Assembly (NCBI GenBank): GCA_963752195.1
Contig: CAVVXI010000004.1
Coordinates: forward strand, 197,029 to 261,028
Direction: 5' to 3'
DNA length: 64,000 nt
Source: an uncultured Bacteroidales bacterium
GTDB taxonomy: Bacteria > Bacteroidota > Bacteroidia > Bacteroidales > UBA10428
The notes beneath the pieces were generated by a model, which ran no database searches, was not told the origin of the DNA, and saw only the letters and a program-made list of their open reading frames with translations. Shown here in pieces: positions 9,443 through 21,100 of this stretch; the stretch's first letter is position 1, and every line of letters starts with the position of its first letter. Made by a program: the position numbers and the translations under genes.

Positions 9443-11194
9443 TCACCTGTCGAGATCCGCCAGTACCAGGTCCATGGCCCCAAGAATGGCCAGGAGATCC
9501 GGAACTGTATAACCACGGCTGATCAATGGAAGCATTTGTACATGGGCAAAAGTCGGGGTACGAATGCGTGCCCTGTAGGGAGATGTGCTGCCATCACTGA
9601 CCATATAATAGCCATTGCTTCCTTTTGGGGCTTCCATCGGGATCATGGCTTCTCCTGCCGGGATAACCGGTCCCCAGGTAACGCCGAGAAAATGGGTGAT
9701 GAGTGTTTCTATGTCAACCATCGTTTTTTCCTTTAATGGCGGCGTTGTCAGCGGGTGATCCGATTTATAGGGTCCTGCCGGCATATGATGCAGGCATTGC
9801 TCTATAATGCGCAGGCTCTGTCGCATTTCATCCATGCGCACCAGGGACCTGTCATAACAATCGCCGTTATTACCCAGGGGGATGTCGAATTCAAAATTTT
9901 CATACCCGGAATAGGGCCGCTTTTTGCGGAAATCAAAATCCAGGCCGGTGGCCCTCAATCCGGGTCCCGTCATTCCCCATTCAATGGCTTCGGCGGTAGT
10001 AAGGGCTCCTATACCGATGGTTCTTTCTTTGAATATGCGGTTTTTGATGGTAACCTTTTCGTATTCGCGGATCTGCTTTGGAAAATAATCCACAAATTCT
10101 TTCACCATTTTCTCCCATCCATCCGGCAGATCATGGGCCACACCTCCAATCCTGAACCAGGATGGATGCATCCTGCCTCCCGTGACGGCTGACACAATAT
10201 CAAATATTCTTTCCCTGTCATTGAATGCATAGAATACCGGTGACATCTGCCCGAGATCCTGTGCATAGGTTCCAAACCAAACCAGGTGATTGGCAATATG
10301 GAAAAATTCGCACATCATTACCCGGATCACTTTTACCCTGTCGGGAACCTCAATGCCGGCCAGTTTTTCCACGGAAAGCAAATAGGCGAGGTTATTGATC
10401 ACCCCCGACAGGTAATCGATGCGGTCGGTATAAGGGATATAGGTATGCCAGGTTTGTCTTTCCCCCATTTTTTCCGCCCCGCGATGATGAAAACCGATAT
10501 CGGGGATCACCTCTACAATATCTTCCCCGTCGAGCTGCAATATAAGCCTGAGCAAGCCATGCGTCCCGGGATGTTGAGGGCCAATGTTGAGAAACATGAA
10601 ATCCGTATCTTCATTTTTTGATTTAAGTCCCCAATCGCCGGGGTTGAATTTCAGATCATGATCGGCAATTTCTCTCATCTGGTCCTCGAGGACAAACGGA
10701 CCGGCTTCTGTTGCCCGGGCCGGATATTCTTTTCTCAGCGGATAACCCTTCCATGTGGCCGGAAGAAGTATTCTCCGCAAATTAGGATGACCCGTGAACC
10801 GAATCCCAAACATATCAAATACCTCCCTCTCATACCAGTCTGCCGAAGGCCAGATATCTGTTATACTGATGATTTCGGGGTATTCTCCGGTAAGCGGAAC
10901 TTTAATGCGGATATCCTCATTCCGTTCAAGTGATATCAGGTAATAAACTACCGTAAAATCACTTTGCGGTGTATCGTGTTTTGTTAATTTTCTGCGTTCA
11001 TCGATGGCTGTAAGATCATACAGCATACTAAAAGGCTGGTTGATCCCGCTTTTTAAAAATTGCAATATTTCTTTAAGCTGACCCGTTTTTACCCAGGCAG
11101 TAAAGGTTCCATCGGCAGTTGACTGTGTATACAAAATTGACGAATTGCCCAACCGGGCGGTGATTTCTGAAATCAATGAAAGTGTATCATTCAT
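9443..11194 (-). CDS. nuoCD: Fused NADH-quinone oxidoreductase subunit C/D
   Basis: Single 583-aa ORF. NuoC-like N-terminal third ([17 protein letters not shown]) followed by NuoD ([14 protein letters not shown] ... ends DLVLADLDR). Confidence 0.93.
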   Translation of the reverse strand: MNDTLSLISEITARLGNSSILYTQSTADGTFTAWVKTGQLKEILQFLKSGINQPFSMLYDLTAIDERRKLTKHDTPQSDFTVVYYLISLERNEDIRIKVPLTGEYPEIISITDIWPSADWYEREVFDMFGIRFTGHPNLRRILLPATWKGYPLRKEYPARATEAGPFVLEDQMREIADHDLKFNPGDWGLKSKNEDTDFMFLNIGPQHPGTHGLLRLILQLDGEDIVEVIPDIGFHHRGAEKMGERQTWHTYIPYTDRIDYLSGVINNLAYLLSVEKLAGIEVPDRVKVIRVMMCEFFHIANHLVWFGTYAQDLGQMSPVFYAFNDRERIFDIVSAVTGGRMHPSWFRIGGVAHDLPDGWEKMVKEFVDYFPKQIREYEKVTIKNRIFKERTIGIGALTTAEAIEWGMTGPGLRATGLDFDFRKKRPYSGYENFEFDIPLGNNGDCYDRSLVRMDEMRQSLRIIEQCLHHMPAGPYKSDHPLTTPPLKEKTMVDIETLITHFLGVTWGPVIPAGEAMIPMEAPKGSNGYYMVSDGSTSPYRARIRTPTFAHVQMLPLISRGYTVPDLLAILGAMDLVLADLDR

Positions 11195-11231
11195 TTGAGA
11201 ATCCGTTTATTTCTTAGCTACGAAGTGATGC

Positions 11232-11864
11232 CTATATTTCATTCATGGGCCTGATGTTGCCCATCTTCATACGCTCGGGCGTTTTCAGGTCGCGAAAATT
11301 TATTTTATCGGGACGTGTAATGCCCTGGTTTCCAATTACCCAGCTTAAGGGCCTTTTTTCCTTGCCAATCGTTTCCCTGAGCAGCAATAATCCTTCGAGG
11401 AAAGCATCGGGGCGGGGAGGGCAGCCGGTGACATATACATCCACGGGAAGGAATTTATCCACTCCCTGCACTACGCTGTATATGTCATACATTCCTCCGG
11501 AATTTGCACACGAGCCCATGGATATTACCCAGCGGGGAGCCATCATCTGTTCGTACAGCCGCTGGATGATGGGAGCCATTTTAATAAATACGGTACCTGC
11601 AATAACCATCATGTCTGCCTCGCGGGGCGTACCGCGGATAACTTCACCGCCAAACCGGGCTATATCATAACGGCTTGTAATGGAAGTAGCCATTTCCACG
11701 AAACAACAGGAAAGTCCGAAATTGAAGGGCCAGATCGAATTTTTTCTGCCCCATGATATCAGATCTTCCAAACGGCTGAAGACTACTGATTTCTGAATGG
11801 CTTCGTCGAGGCTGTCTGACTCAGCCCTGTATGCATCAGAGGGTTTGGTTATCGTCCACTTCAT
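11232..11864 (-). CDS. nuoB: NADH-quinone oxidoreductase subunit B
   Basis: 210 aa; motifs [23 protein letters not shown]. Confidence 0.93.
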   Translation of the reverse strand: MKWTITKPSDAYRAESDSLDEAIQKSVVFSRLEDLISWGRKNSIWPFNFGLSCCFVEMATSITSRYDIARFGGEVIRGTPREADMMVIAGTVFIKMAPIIQRLYEQMMAPRWVISMGSCANSGGMYDIYSVVQGVDKFLPVDVYVTGCPPRPDAFLEGLLLLRETIGKEKRPLSWVIGNQGITRPDKINFRDLKTPERMKMGNIRPMNEI

Positions 11865-12274
11865 TTTAAAAGACGGTTTTTATGTTTTAAAATCTTCTTT
11901 CCCTGGGGACCGAAATCGAGGGAACCGATCCCAATTTCATAAACCAGTACAGCAAGCAAAATTCCTATAAATACCAGAATACCCAGGTACCCGGCCAATC
12001 CCAATTCGCGGAATGACACGGCCCATGCAAGGATAAACACGGCATCCAGGTCAAAAATCACAAAGAAAATGGCAATCAGGTAAAAATGCGATGAAAACCG
12101 TAAACGGGCATTTCCGGTTGGAGGGATCCCTGATTCATAGGGCACATTGGTCAGCTTTTCCCTGTGCTTTTCGCCAAGTACCGACGATAGCCCGATCATT
12201 ATGCCGACAATTACAAGTACAATGCCTGCATAAATCAAAAAAGGCCAGAACACGATAGTTTGAAGAGTTATCAT
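11861..12274 (-). CDS. nuoA: NADH-quinone oxidoreductase subunit A
   Basis: 137-aa, 3-TM protein, first gene of the operon; YESGIPP and FDLDAVF motifs. Confidence 0.9.
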   Translation of the reverse strand: MITLQTIVFWPFLIYAGIVLVIVGIMIGLSSVLGEKHREKLTNVPYESGIPPTGNARLRFSSHFYLIAIFFVIFDLDAVFILAWAVSFRELGLAGYLGILVFIGILLAVLVYEIGIGSLDFGPQGKKILKHKNRLLK

Positions 12275-12470
12275 AAAATGAAACTGGTTTCCTACCTAAT
12301 GTTTTAAAAATAACACTTCAAATTAAAAATTGTTATGCCTTAATCGGTTTTGATATGAGATTTTGGAACCGTAGTAGTAAAGCGGGATGCAGACTGCCGA
12401 GGGGCTACCGGCGCTTTATTTTATTTTTTGGACATGGAAAATTTAACCGGACTGATCAGTTTATGGAAGG

Positions 12471-15134
12471 TTAAACTTGCGGAGGAAATGAGTTTGCTTT
12501 CGATTCAATTTGGGAAATTTCAGGGAGCATTACCGGAAGCGTGAATCGAAAGGAACTACCTTCACCGGGAATACTTTCGACCCATATTTTGCCACCCTGT
12601 TTTTCAACAAATTCCCTGCAGAGCAACAAACCAAGTCCTGTTCCCCTTTCTTCGGCCGTTCCAATCCGGGTATATTTTGCATCCATTTTAAACAGCTTTT
12701 TCTGGTCATCTTCTGATATTCCTATTCCATTATCCCTGATTGTAACAGTTACATATTTTTCGCCAATATTTGCATTAATACTGATTAAACCCTTATGATT
12801 AGTGAATTTCAGGGCATTGGTCAGCAGGTTTCTCAAAATAGTGTGTGTCATGTTTATATCAGCCAGTACAAAAGAATCTTTTGGTACCGAAAGAATCATT
12901 TTAATTTCCTTCTGATGTGCATGGAGTGCTAAATTCTTCAAATCCTGCTGTATTATATCCCGCAAATTCAGTTTGCGTGGGATATACGACAATCTGCCAG
13001 TCTGCGACCTGGACCATTCAAGTAAGTTTTCGAGAATGGCAAAGCCGGTTTTTCCTGCATCATGAAGGAGCATGGAAAATTTCTTTATTGTCGGCAAATC
13101 AAATTCTTCTGCATTGGTCGCTAATATTTCAGAGGCGCCCAATATGCTTGTGAAAGGATTTTTCAGGTCGTGGGCAATAATTCCAAAAAATTTGTCTTTT
13201 GTGGCATTCAGTTCCTTAAGATCTTCTGCATATTTTTTAAGTTGATCCTCTGCCTTGGCCCGTGCTATTTTCCACCGGATGGCGGTGATTCCGTAAGCAA
13301 CATCGTTAGCCAGTTCGGTCAGCAATTCAATTTCTTCCTCCAAAAAAGAGTCCGGAACCCTCGAATAGATTGTCAGGGCACCAAGAGTTTTATCATAGGT
13401 TGTCAGGGGAAGCGCGATGGAAGATGCATATCCCCTTTTCAGGGCTTGTTCCCGCCAGGGCGAAAAATTTGGATCTGTAAGCATATTACGGCAGGCAACG
13501 GGCCTGCCGGTGCGGATGGCTGTTCCCGTCGGACCGCGTCCACGCTCATTATCTTCCCATGAAATACGCAATGATTCAAGGTATCCTTCATCAAATCCGA
13601 AGTTTACCATGGGAAGCACCGTTTTATCGGCATCTTCAAGTGCATAACCTATCCAGACCATTGAGTAAAAGCATTCTCCGATGATAACCTGGCAAACTTC
13701 CTTAAGGAATGAATTCTCATCATCGGAACGTACCATTGCCTGGCTGCATTTGTCAATGGCAATAAGCGACTGGTTTAATTTGAGCAATTTGGCTTCGGAC
13801 TTCCTGTACTGCTCCCGGCTTTGAAGCAAAAGGTTTTCTGCATTTCTTTGTTCCGTTACATCCTGCACAAGCGACATAACGGACGTCATACGCCCGTCCT
13901 TGTCAACCAGAACGGAATTATGCCAGATGCATTCGATGATATCACCGGATTTGGTATAATTCCGGTTGCTTGAAATGACGGTAAATTCCTTACCACTGAT
14001 CAACCTCTGCATTGTTCTTTCTACAACCGGAATATCCTCCTTATAAATCAAATTTAATGAATCAATCCTCCTGCCTGTTGTTTCACTTGCTTTCCAACCG
14101 AACATCCTTTCAGCCTCCCTTGACCAAATGGTAACCATGAAATCTTCATCCCATTCTACAATGGCCAGAGGAGAGTTTTCAAAGTGATAATTAAGCCTCT
14201 GCTCATTTTTGCGGATCTTATCCTCAGAATCTCTCCTGCTGATATCCGTTTCATTCACCGACCGGGCAGAAAGCCAGACAATCGCGACAAGGCAACTGGT
14301 ATAGGCCACCGCAACAAATGCTACTCCCAGGTCAGATGAAAGAAGATACATTCTTTCACTGGTAATCCAGAGCCAGCCTATTGCCACCGGAATGACAAGC
14401 ATTGCTGCCAAAAGTCTTCTCGCCATTATGCTTCCCGAATAGATGCTGGTGAATACCCGCATTAACGTGGCTTCGGGATAATAGCACAATATTGCAACAC
14501 CAAGGAAACAAAATGAAATCCCTGTACTAAATGAAATGGGAATATTCAGAAGGGTTTCTATATTGTGTATTTCGATGACATACATCACAGGTATTTCATA
14601 AGCGAAAAACAGGATCGGAATAATAAGCCATTGGGCAATATCCCTTATTTTTTTTGAATTGACAGTTAACAGAACAAGGACGATTCCCGTGATTACAAAA
14701 AGGAAAGCGCTGATCAGGGCTATTCTTTCCCGTGTAATCAAAAAAGAATTCAGCAATGGTGAATGATAAACAGATGTTAATTCATTTGCATGAGAAATGA
14801 GGTTTGCAATTCCTGATATACTGACTGCAATTCCCAAAGCTGTTGAAAAATACTTTCCCGGAGATTTCTTTCCCCATCTGACTGAAATGGCAAGAGAACA
14901 GGCTGATGCAAGGAAACAGCATGCCGTTACTGCCTTCATGGGTATCCATGTGGTGAGAATAATATTAAGAAAAGGAATATTACACGTCCCTCCGATTAAG
15001 TCGAACAAAGCGACGGCAACAACCATGATGAGAGACCATCGTGCGAGATTATTAACCTTGTTGTTCAAAATAATTCTAAAAAGCTTAAAAACTTTTTCTG
15101 AAAAGGTTATTTTTACGAAATATTTAAGGCCCAT
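12471..15134 (-). CDS. Multi-TM sensor histidine kinase (membrane domain, PAS, GAF, HisKA, HATPase_c)
   Basis: 887 aa. About 300-aa hydrophobic N-terminus, a PAS-like segment, a GAF-like segment, H-box FFGIIAHDLKNP and a G-box TGLGLLLCREFVEKQGG. Confidence 0.85.
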   Translation of the reverse strand: MGLKYFVKITFSEKVFKLFRIILNNKVNNLARWSLIMVVAVALFDLIGGTCNIPFLNIILTTWIPMKAVTACCFLASACSLAISVRWGKKSPGKYFSTALGIAVSISGIANLISHANELTSVYHSPLLNSFLITRERIALISAFLFVITGIVLVLLTVNSKKIRDIAQWLIIPILFFAYEIPVMYVIEIHNIETLLNIPISFSTGISFCFLGVAILCYYPEATLMRVFTSIYSGSIMARRLLAAMLVIPVAIGWLWITSERMYLLSSDLGVAFVAVAYTSCLVAIVWLSARSVNETDISRRDSEDKIRKNEQRLNYHFENSPLAIVEWDEDFMVTIWSREAERMFGWKASETTGRRIDSLNLIYKEDIPVVERTMQRLISGKEFTVISSNRNYTKSGDIIECIWHNSVLVDKDGRMTSVMSLVQDVTEQRNAENLLLQSREQYRKSEAKLLKLNQSLIAIDKCSQAMVRSDDENSFLKEVCQVIIGECFYSMVWIGYALEDADKTVLPMVNFGFDEGYLESLRISWEDNERGRGPTGTAIRTGRPVACRNMLTDPNFSPWREQALKRGYASSIALPLTTYDKTLGALTIYSRVPDSFLEEEIELLTELANDVAYGITAIRWKIARAKAEDQLKKYAEDLKELNATKDKFFGIIAHDLKNPFTSILGASEILATNAEEFDLPTIKKFSMLLHDAGKTGFAILENLLEWSRSQTGRLSYIPRKLNLRDIIQQDLKNLALHAHQKEIKMILSVPKDSFVLADINMTHTILRNLLTNALKFTNHKGLISINANIGEKYVTVTIRDNGIGISEDDQKKLFKMDAKYTRIGTAEERGTGLGLLLCREFVEKQGGKIWVESIPGEGSSFRFTLPVMLPEISQIESKANSFPPQV

Positions 15135-15183
15135 ATTCCTTCATCACAAATATAAAAATTTCACTAACCAATTTTCCTTTCAG

Positions 15184-15861
15184 GTGAAAATATTACTAGT
15201 AGAAGATGATAGCCAGATAGCCTCTTTTGTAAAACTTGGTTTGGAAAGCAACCAGTTTTTTGTTGATGTTGCCTATGATGGCGTTATGGGTGAAAGGCTG
15301 GCCCTTCAGAAAAAGTACGATGTAATTGTTCTAGATGTAATACTGCCCGGCATAAATGGATTCCAACTATGCCAGATATTGAGGAACAACAACGTCAAGA
15401 CGCCTATATTAATGCTTACATCGCTGAATTCCACCGAGGATAAAGTCACGGGATTTGAAAGCGGTGCCGATGATTACCTGTTGAAACCTTTTGCTTTCCA
15501 GGAACTGCTGGCCAGGATACGGGCACTCAGTCGCCGTAACAATGAGATGATGCTCAGTCCGGTTTTGAAAGTACTTGACCTCGAATTAAATACAGTGTCA
15601 AAAAAGGTAAAGAGAAGCGAAAAAGAAATTAAGCTTACGACCCTTGAATATAAATTGCTGGAATTGCTGCTCAGTCATCCCGGCAAGGTGTTTGAACGAA
15701 TTGAGATTGCAGAAAAAATATGGGGCACAACTTTTAATACAGGAACGAATTTTATTAATGTGCATATTAATTCCCTTCGGAATAAAATCGACAGGGATTA
15801 CCCGGATAAGCTCATCCACACTGTCAAGGGCATCGGCTATGTTATAAATGCAGGGGATTAA
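15184..15861 (+). CDS. OmpR/PhoB-family response regulator (receiver plus winged helix)
   Basis: GTG at 15184 gives VKILLVEDD...DVIVLDVILPG...KPF...; C-terminal ...IHTVKGIGYV. The ORF-track extension back to 14797 is antisense to the kinase gene and is treated as spurious. Confidence 0.85.
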   Translation: MKILLVEDDSQIASFVKLGLESNQFFVDVAYDGVMGERLALQKKYDVIVLDVILPGINGFQLCQILRNNNVKTPILMLTSLNSTEDKVTGFESGADDYLLKPFAFQELLARIRALSRRNNEMMLSPVLKVLDLELNTVSKKVKRSEKEIKLTTLEYKLLELLLSHPGKVFERIEIAEKIWGTTFNTGTNFINVHINSLRNKIDRDYPDKLIHTVKGIGYVINAGD

Positions 15862-16007
15862 CAATTTTTTAACAGTCAGACGTTAATCTTAACCGATTCT
15901 TAATCTTATCCTAATTCACACTTAACCTGTTCTAATCCTCGCTGGCTTAATTTTGGTTTACAGTAACTGATCATTCGATCTATTCCTTGACACCTAAAAC
16001 CAAAGTT

Positions 16008-16517
16008 ATGACAGCAGTTGAATTCAGCTACCAGCTAACCAGTCTCCATGATAACTTATCACGTTTCGCTTATTCGTTAACCCTCAACAGGGAAGATGCC
16101 ATGGACCTTTTACAGGAGACCATGCTCAAAGCATTGAGAAGCAGAAGCCAGTTTATGGAAAACACAAACTTCAGGGCATGGACATTTACCATTATGAAAA
16201 ACACCTTTATCAATAGTTACAGAAGGCACATGCATCAGCGTACTGTCTTCGACAGAACGCCCGATGCACATTACCTGAGCCAGAACAAGGACACCTTTTA
16301 TGATGTTCCTGATTCGCTTTATTCCGCCAAAGAGCTTTCCGCTTTGATAAATAAACTGGGCGATGAGTACAGGGCTCCCCTTCAGATGCACATTGCCGGT
16401 TATAAATATAAGGAAATTGCCGATGACCTCGGGCTGAATCTCGGTACCGTAAAAAGCCGCATTTTCTTTGCCAGGCAAAAACTGATGCGTGCACTTTCCA
16501 ACGAAATAACCGACTGA
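16008..16517 (+). CDS. RNA polymerase ECF-type sigma-70 factor
   Basis: Region 2 (DLLQETMLKALR...FRAWTFTIMKNTFINSYRR) and region 4 (YKEIADDLGLNLGTVKSRIFFARQKL). Start could be TTG 15987 or ATG 16008. Confidence 0.8.
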   Translation: MTAVEFSYQLTSLHDNLSRFAYSLTLNREDAMDLLQETMLKALRSRSQFMENTNFRAWTFTIMKNTFINSYRRHMHQRTVFDRTPDAHYLSQNKDTFYDVPDSLYSAKELSALINKLGDEYRAPLQMHIAGYKYKEIADDLGLNLGTVKSRIFFARQKLMRALSNEITD

Positions 16518-16555
16518 GATTTTCAGCGTAAGGTTATGTTCGGAAGGAGGACAGC

Positions 16556-17098
16556 CTAAGGATGTTCTTCAAGATAAATTTTGCTATCCAGCAGTTTTTC
16601 GAGAGGCAAAGTAAATTTCAGGTTCCTGCCTATCTCGGCTGCCTGGTTTACTGTGTAACCCTTTGATTTAACAAGGTAAGCCATGAAAAAGTCGGTAGCT
16701 CTGCCGCCACTGGCGCAATGCAGAAAAATGGGGTCATTTGTTGATAACAGCGCCGATAAAGTATCAAGACGGGCTGGCGTGTAATCTTTCAGTCCGTCCA
16801 CAGGAACGGAATAATATTGGAACCCCATTTCCGTACAGATGCGGGATTCGTTGAAAGCGCCTGCGGTGAAATCGGAATTCTCTTTTTCCGAACGGAGATT
16901 TATGATTACATGTACATCCCTGTTTTGTAACCATTGTAATAACTCATAAGCAGGCTGGCCGCTGATGTAATAATTCTGATAATGGAAAAGATTTTTAAAG
17001 CCGGGTACTGCTTCGACGGAATCCTGCAATGGGGTAATTTGTGCATACAGGCTTCCTGCTATAAAAAACAATGCAAAGAAAAGAGAGGATATTTTCAT
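16556..17098 (-). CDS. Secreted Cys-based phosphatase-fold protein (PTP/DUF442-like)
   Basis: Signal peptide; HCASGGRAT matches the HCxxGxxR(S/T) P-loop. Confidence 0.6.
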   Translation of the reverse strand: MKISSLFFALFFIAGSLYAQITPLQDSVEAVPGFKNLFHYQNYYISGQPAYELLQWLQNRDVHVIINLRSEKENSDFTAGAFNESRICTEMGFQYYSVPVDGLKDYTPARLDTLSALLSTNDPIFLHCASGGRATDFFMAYLVKSKGYTVNQAAEIGRNLKFTLPLEKLLDSKIYLEEHP

Positions 17099-17151
17099 AC
17101 AATGGAAATTAAAGTCGGGCTTGAGGAATTACACCATGAAGATAAGGAAGA

Positions 17152-18114
17152 TTATTGTTCATACGCATTTTTCAGAGCCCGGATATTTATTTTTTTCATC
17201 CGGAGAAGGGATTGCATTACACGGTCGGATTTGCGGTTGTCGGTTTCACTCAGCCACTCCCGCAGCATAAACGGCAGAATTTGCCATGAAACACCGTATT
17301 TATCCTCAAGCCATCCGCAAAGCTGGGCCCTTTCATCTCCTCCCCGGGTTAATTTGTTCCAGTAATAATCAATTTCTTCCTGTGAATCGCAATTCACAAC
17401 GAATGAAACAGCAGGATTAAATGTAAATGCGTGTTCCCGGTTGCTGTCCATGGCCATAAATTCCTGGTCAATGAGGGAAAAACGGGCAAATTTAACCGTG
17501 TTTTCCGGTTCCGTATCCCCGGCACCATACCGTTGAATATAGGTAATCTCTGATTTTTTAAATATTGAAATATAATATTCAATGGCTTCCTCTGCCTTTC
17601 CACGGTGATTTCCGGAAAACATAAGGCATGGCGATATCTTCTGGGGTCCTTCATCCAGGGCAATCTGCCATGATACGCCATATCGATCGTTCACCCATCC
17701 AAATTTCTCGCTGAACGGATATTTATTGAGGTTCATTAAAATATTTCCTCCTTCTGACAGCCGGGACCACAGAAGGTTCAGCTTTTGTTCCGTGTTGCAT
17801 GTCACAAAAAATGAAATGGAGGGAGTGAATCGATATGCGGGTCCCCCATTTATGGCTGCAAATTCCTGTCCGTTGATCAGGAACGCAATCGTCATCACTG
17901 ATCCCGCGGTTCGGCCTGAAGCTTCGGCGGCTTCTTCACCGTAAAGGATCACCTTTGTAATTGTATTCAATGTTCCTTCCTGTTGGGAAAAAACTGACAA
18001 ATAAAAATTTACTGCTTCGGTGGCCTGGTTGTCAAACCATAGAAACGGGGTTATTTTTTGCATTTGAATTTTAGGGTAAGCCATTGAAGCTTTCCTACGG
18101 GTCCTTGTTTCCAT
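17152..18114 (-). CDS. VOC/PhnB-like protein with two tandem domains
   Basis: Two repeats of ITPFLWF...A..FY..F / KISPCLMF...AIEYYISIF and ...DKYGVSWQI, as in 3-demethylubiquinone-9 methyltransferase-domain (PhnB-like) proteins. Confidence 0.65.
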   Translation of the reverse strand: METRTRRKASMAYPKIQMQKITPFLWFDNQATEAVNFYLSVFSQQEGTLNTITKVILYGEEAAEASGRTAGSVMTIAFLINGQEFAAINGGPAYRFTPSISFFVTCNTEQKLNLLWSRLSEGGNILMNLNKYPFSEKFGWVNDRYGVSWQIALDEGPQKISPCLMFSGNHRGKAEEAIEYYISIFKKSEITYIQRYGAGDTEPENTVKFARFSLIDQEFMAMDSNREHAFTFNPAVSFVVNCDSQEEIDYYWNKLTRGGDERAQLCGWLEDKYGVSWQILPFMLREWLSETDNRKSDRVMQSLLRMKKINIRALKNAYEQ

Positions 18115-18139
18115 AACGTGTTTATTCTATAAAACAATT

Positions 18140-21100
18140 TTATGCCGTGTAAGGTTCACTCCGGATTAAACTGCCCCGTTCCTCATCCATGACTATCCTG
18201 AGATAATTGTCTATTTCCTGCTGCATTTCCTCCACATGCGATATAACCCCGACAATCCGGTTTTCTTTTTTCAGTGATTTGAGCGTATCAAATACAATTG
18301 CCAGGGATTCTTTATCCAGCGAACCAAATCCCTCATCAAGAAAAAAGAAATTCTGGTTGGATTCGGTGATTTTTTGAATGTTATCTGCCAGTGCAAGGGA
18401 GAGCGACAGGGCCGCCTGAAAGGTCTGGCCACCGGAAAGAGTTTTTACATTCCGCACTTTACCGCCGTTGAGAAAATCCCGCACCTGGAAATTATTGTTA
18501 TCCGTAACTTCCAGGCTTAACTTCTGGCAGGTTAATTTATAAAATCGTTCATTGGCAGCGTGACACAACTCCTGCAAATAAACTGTTGAAATATAATTAA
18601 CAAATCCGCTGGCCTTAAACAGTTGTTTGAGTGTTTTAATATCCTCACCTCTTGCAAGAAGTGTGGCCAGACGATCTTTCATTTCGGCATAAGCCAGCAT
18701 ATCGGATTTCATTTTGATGATTTCCCCGTCCAGTTTTCCAAGTTGCTGATTGTCTTTGGTTAATTTGTTAGTGGCATCAGAAATTGCCGTAACCAGCTGC
18801 CGGTGTTTTTCTTCATTATACGATTTTTCACCGGTCTCTGATTTAAGTATTGAGAGTTGTTTTGTAGCAACGGCCAGTGCCTGCCGGAAGTCGGCGACCT
18901 TCTTTTTTTCATTTTCAACGTCCTGTGCACCCGACAATATGCCTTGTACTTCCTCCAAAGCTTCAAATCCCGATCGCACCAGCTGATCATTTATACGATC
19001 CTTCAAGGCTGCCAGTGATTTCAGCTCACGATCAAGTGCTTCTTTGTTTGCCTGCAACCGGCCGGATATTATGTCCTGGTTTTTCTGAAGATTTGCTACA
19101 CGGCTGTTGATCAATTGAAAGTTTGTTTCAGATTCACTATATTTTTTCAATAAACTCACTCTTTCAAGATTGATTTCAATCAAAGAGCGGTCAACATAAT
19201 CCGCCGGCTTTAGCAGTTCAATCTGCTGCTTTAATGTATCCGCTTCAGTATCACTGGCAGTAAGCTGATGTTTTGCCTCATCGATAAGGCGGAGATTGTT
19301 TTCCCTGAGCTCTTGATTTTCTTCAAGCTGTTTCATGAGGATATCCAGCTGTTTTTCTCCATCACTCATTTGTAAGCGGATTTTCTCCGCCGACGCAAAT
19401 GCGGATCGCAATTCATTTTCCTCTTTATATACATCCCATTTAAACAGGTCCTGGTGGATCTTTATTCTGGAATTTTGCTCCACCTGTTTTTGTCGCAATT
19501 TTTCCTGCACATCCTTTTTAGCCTGAATCCGTGTTTCTGTTTCCTTTACTTTTTTCTGGCTGAGTTCAATATCCCTGAGCAACCGGTCGCAATCCAGTTT
19601 TTTCTGCCTTGTCAGTAAGAGTGCATCCTTCACATTTTCAAGGTTCAAAGGACTTGGGTGCGATAAGGATCCGCAAAGGGGACAAGGTTTTCCATCCTCC
19701 AGGTTAGCTGCGTACTCTTCCAGATGCGCTTGCAGGGAAAGATGTTCAATTTCCTTTTCAAGCCTGTCTTTCAGTAAGTGTACCCCGTTCTTTTTATTTT
19801 CAAGCAGCTCCAGGGTTTTTGACAGATCCTGGTCATCAGGGATTTCACTGAAGAATTCCTCCTTCCGGAGAAGCGTACTTGCCTTATATAATTCATTAAT
19901 CTCATCACGGGATGAAGTGAGTTCCGCCTCCGTTTCTTTTTCAATTGATTCAAGCTGATGTTTTATAGCATACCATTCACGGATTTCCGATAACACGGAC
20001 ATATCCGGATACTGCAGTTTCCACTTTCTCAGGTTTTCCCTCAGCCCTTCCTGTAGTGATTTGATTTTATCAATCCCTTCGGTCGTTTCCCTGGATATTT
20101 TTTCCGAATGAAGGATATTTTCGGTTAATTTTCTTCCAAGCTCGTGCAGCTCGTGCAATTTGGCAATTTTAAGCAATTCTCCTGCCTGCCGGTGGTAAAC
20201 CTCCCTGTTTTCAAATTCAATTTTGACTGATTCAAAATCCTGTTTGCAGGCCAGGAGTTCCTGCCCGATCCGGGTCAGCGCTTTGTCATCCTCATCAATG
20301 CTTTTTTCAAATTGCCGTATCTTATGGGTGATTACTACGGCAGACTCGAAAAGGCCTTTGAAATTCAACTGGCAGTACTCGTAATCGCGGATGAGTTTTT
20401 CAAGGTTAAGAATATCAGGTTGCTGATTCTTCAGTTGCTCAAGTACAGATTCTGTTTCCCTGATTCGTTTGATAAGATCCCTGAGTTTTCTCAATTCCAG
20501 CTCCTGTAACTGCTGCAAGGCTATTTCCTTTTGGCTTATCTCAATTTCCTTCTTAAGGCCGGCCAGGTTTCTTTCGCTTTCTTCAACCTGGACAACACTG
20601 ATTTCGCCCAGCTGTTGCAACTGTCCTTCCAGGTTTTGAACCTGCTGGTTGTTTTTTGATTCAAGCGAAACAACCTTGTAGAATAATTCATATTTGTCAA
20701 GATTGAACAACTCACGCATCATCTGCGTGCGTTCCGTATCGCCCAGTTGAAGAAACTCCTGGAATTTCCCCTGCGGAATAATAATGGTACGTTTGAAATT
20801 TTTATAGCTCAATCCGATAATGGATTCCAAAGAGCTCACTTCAACCGGAATCCATTCATTGTTTGACTTCTTATAGGCGGTATGTTCAGTGGCTTTTACA
20901 TCATTGAACTGCTTTGAGTTTCTCCGGCTTTTTACCACGGTGAGATACTCAGTATCCTGTTTCCCTGCTGTAAAAATGAATTCTATCAGCATTTCAGTCG
21001 ATTTCAGGTTCATCATATTATAGTACCTGTCATCTCCCGTAATATTCATGCGGTCAGTGCGACCATACAACGCATAGGAAATGGCTTCCAGGATAGCGGA

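Noticed and set aside
14797-15183. N-terminal extension of the response-regulator ORF (354 aa in the ORF track)
   Set aside because: The extension is antisense to the histidine-kinase gene and has no receiver-domain similarity. The canonical receiver N-terminus (V)KILLVEDD starts at GTG 15184.
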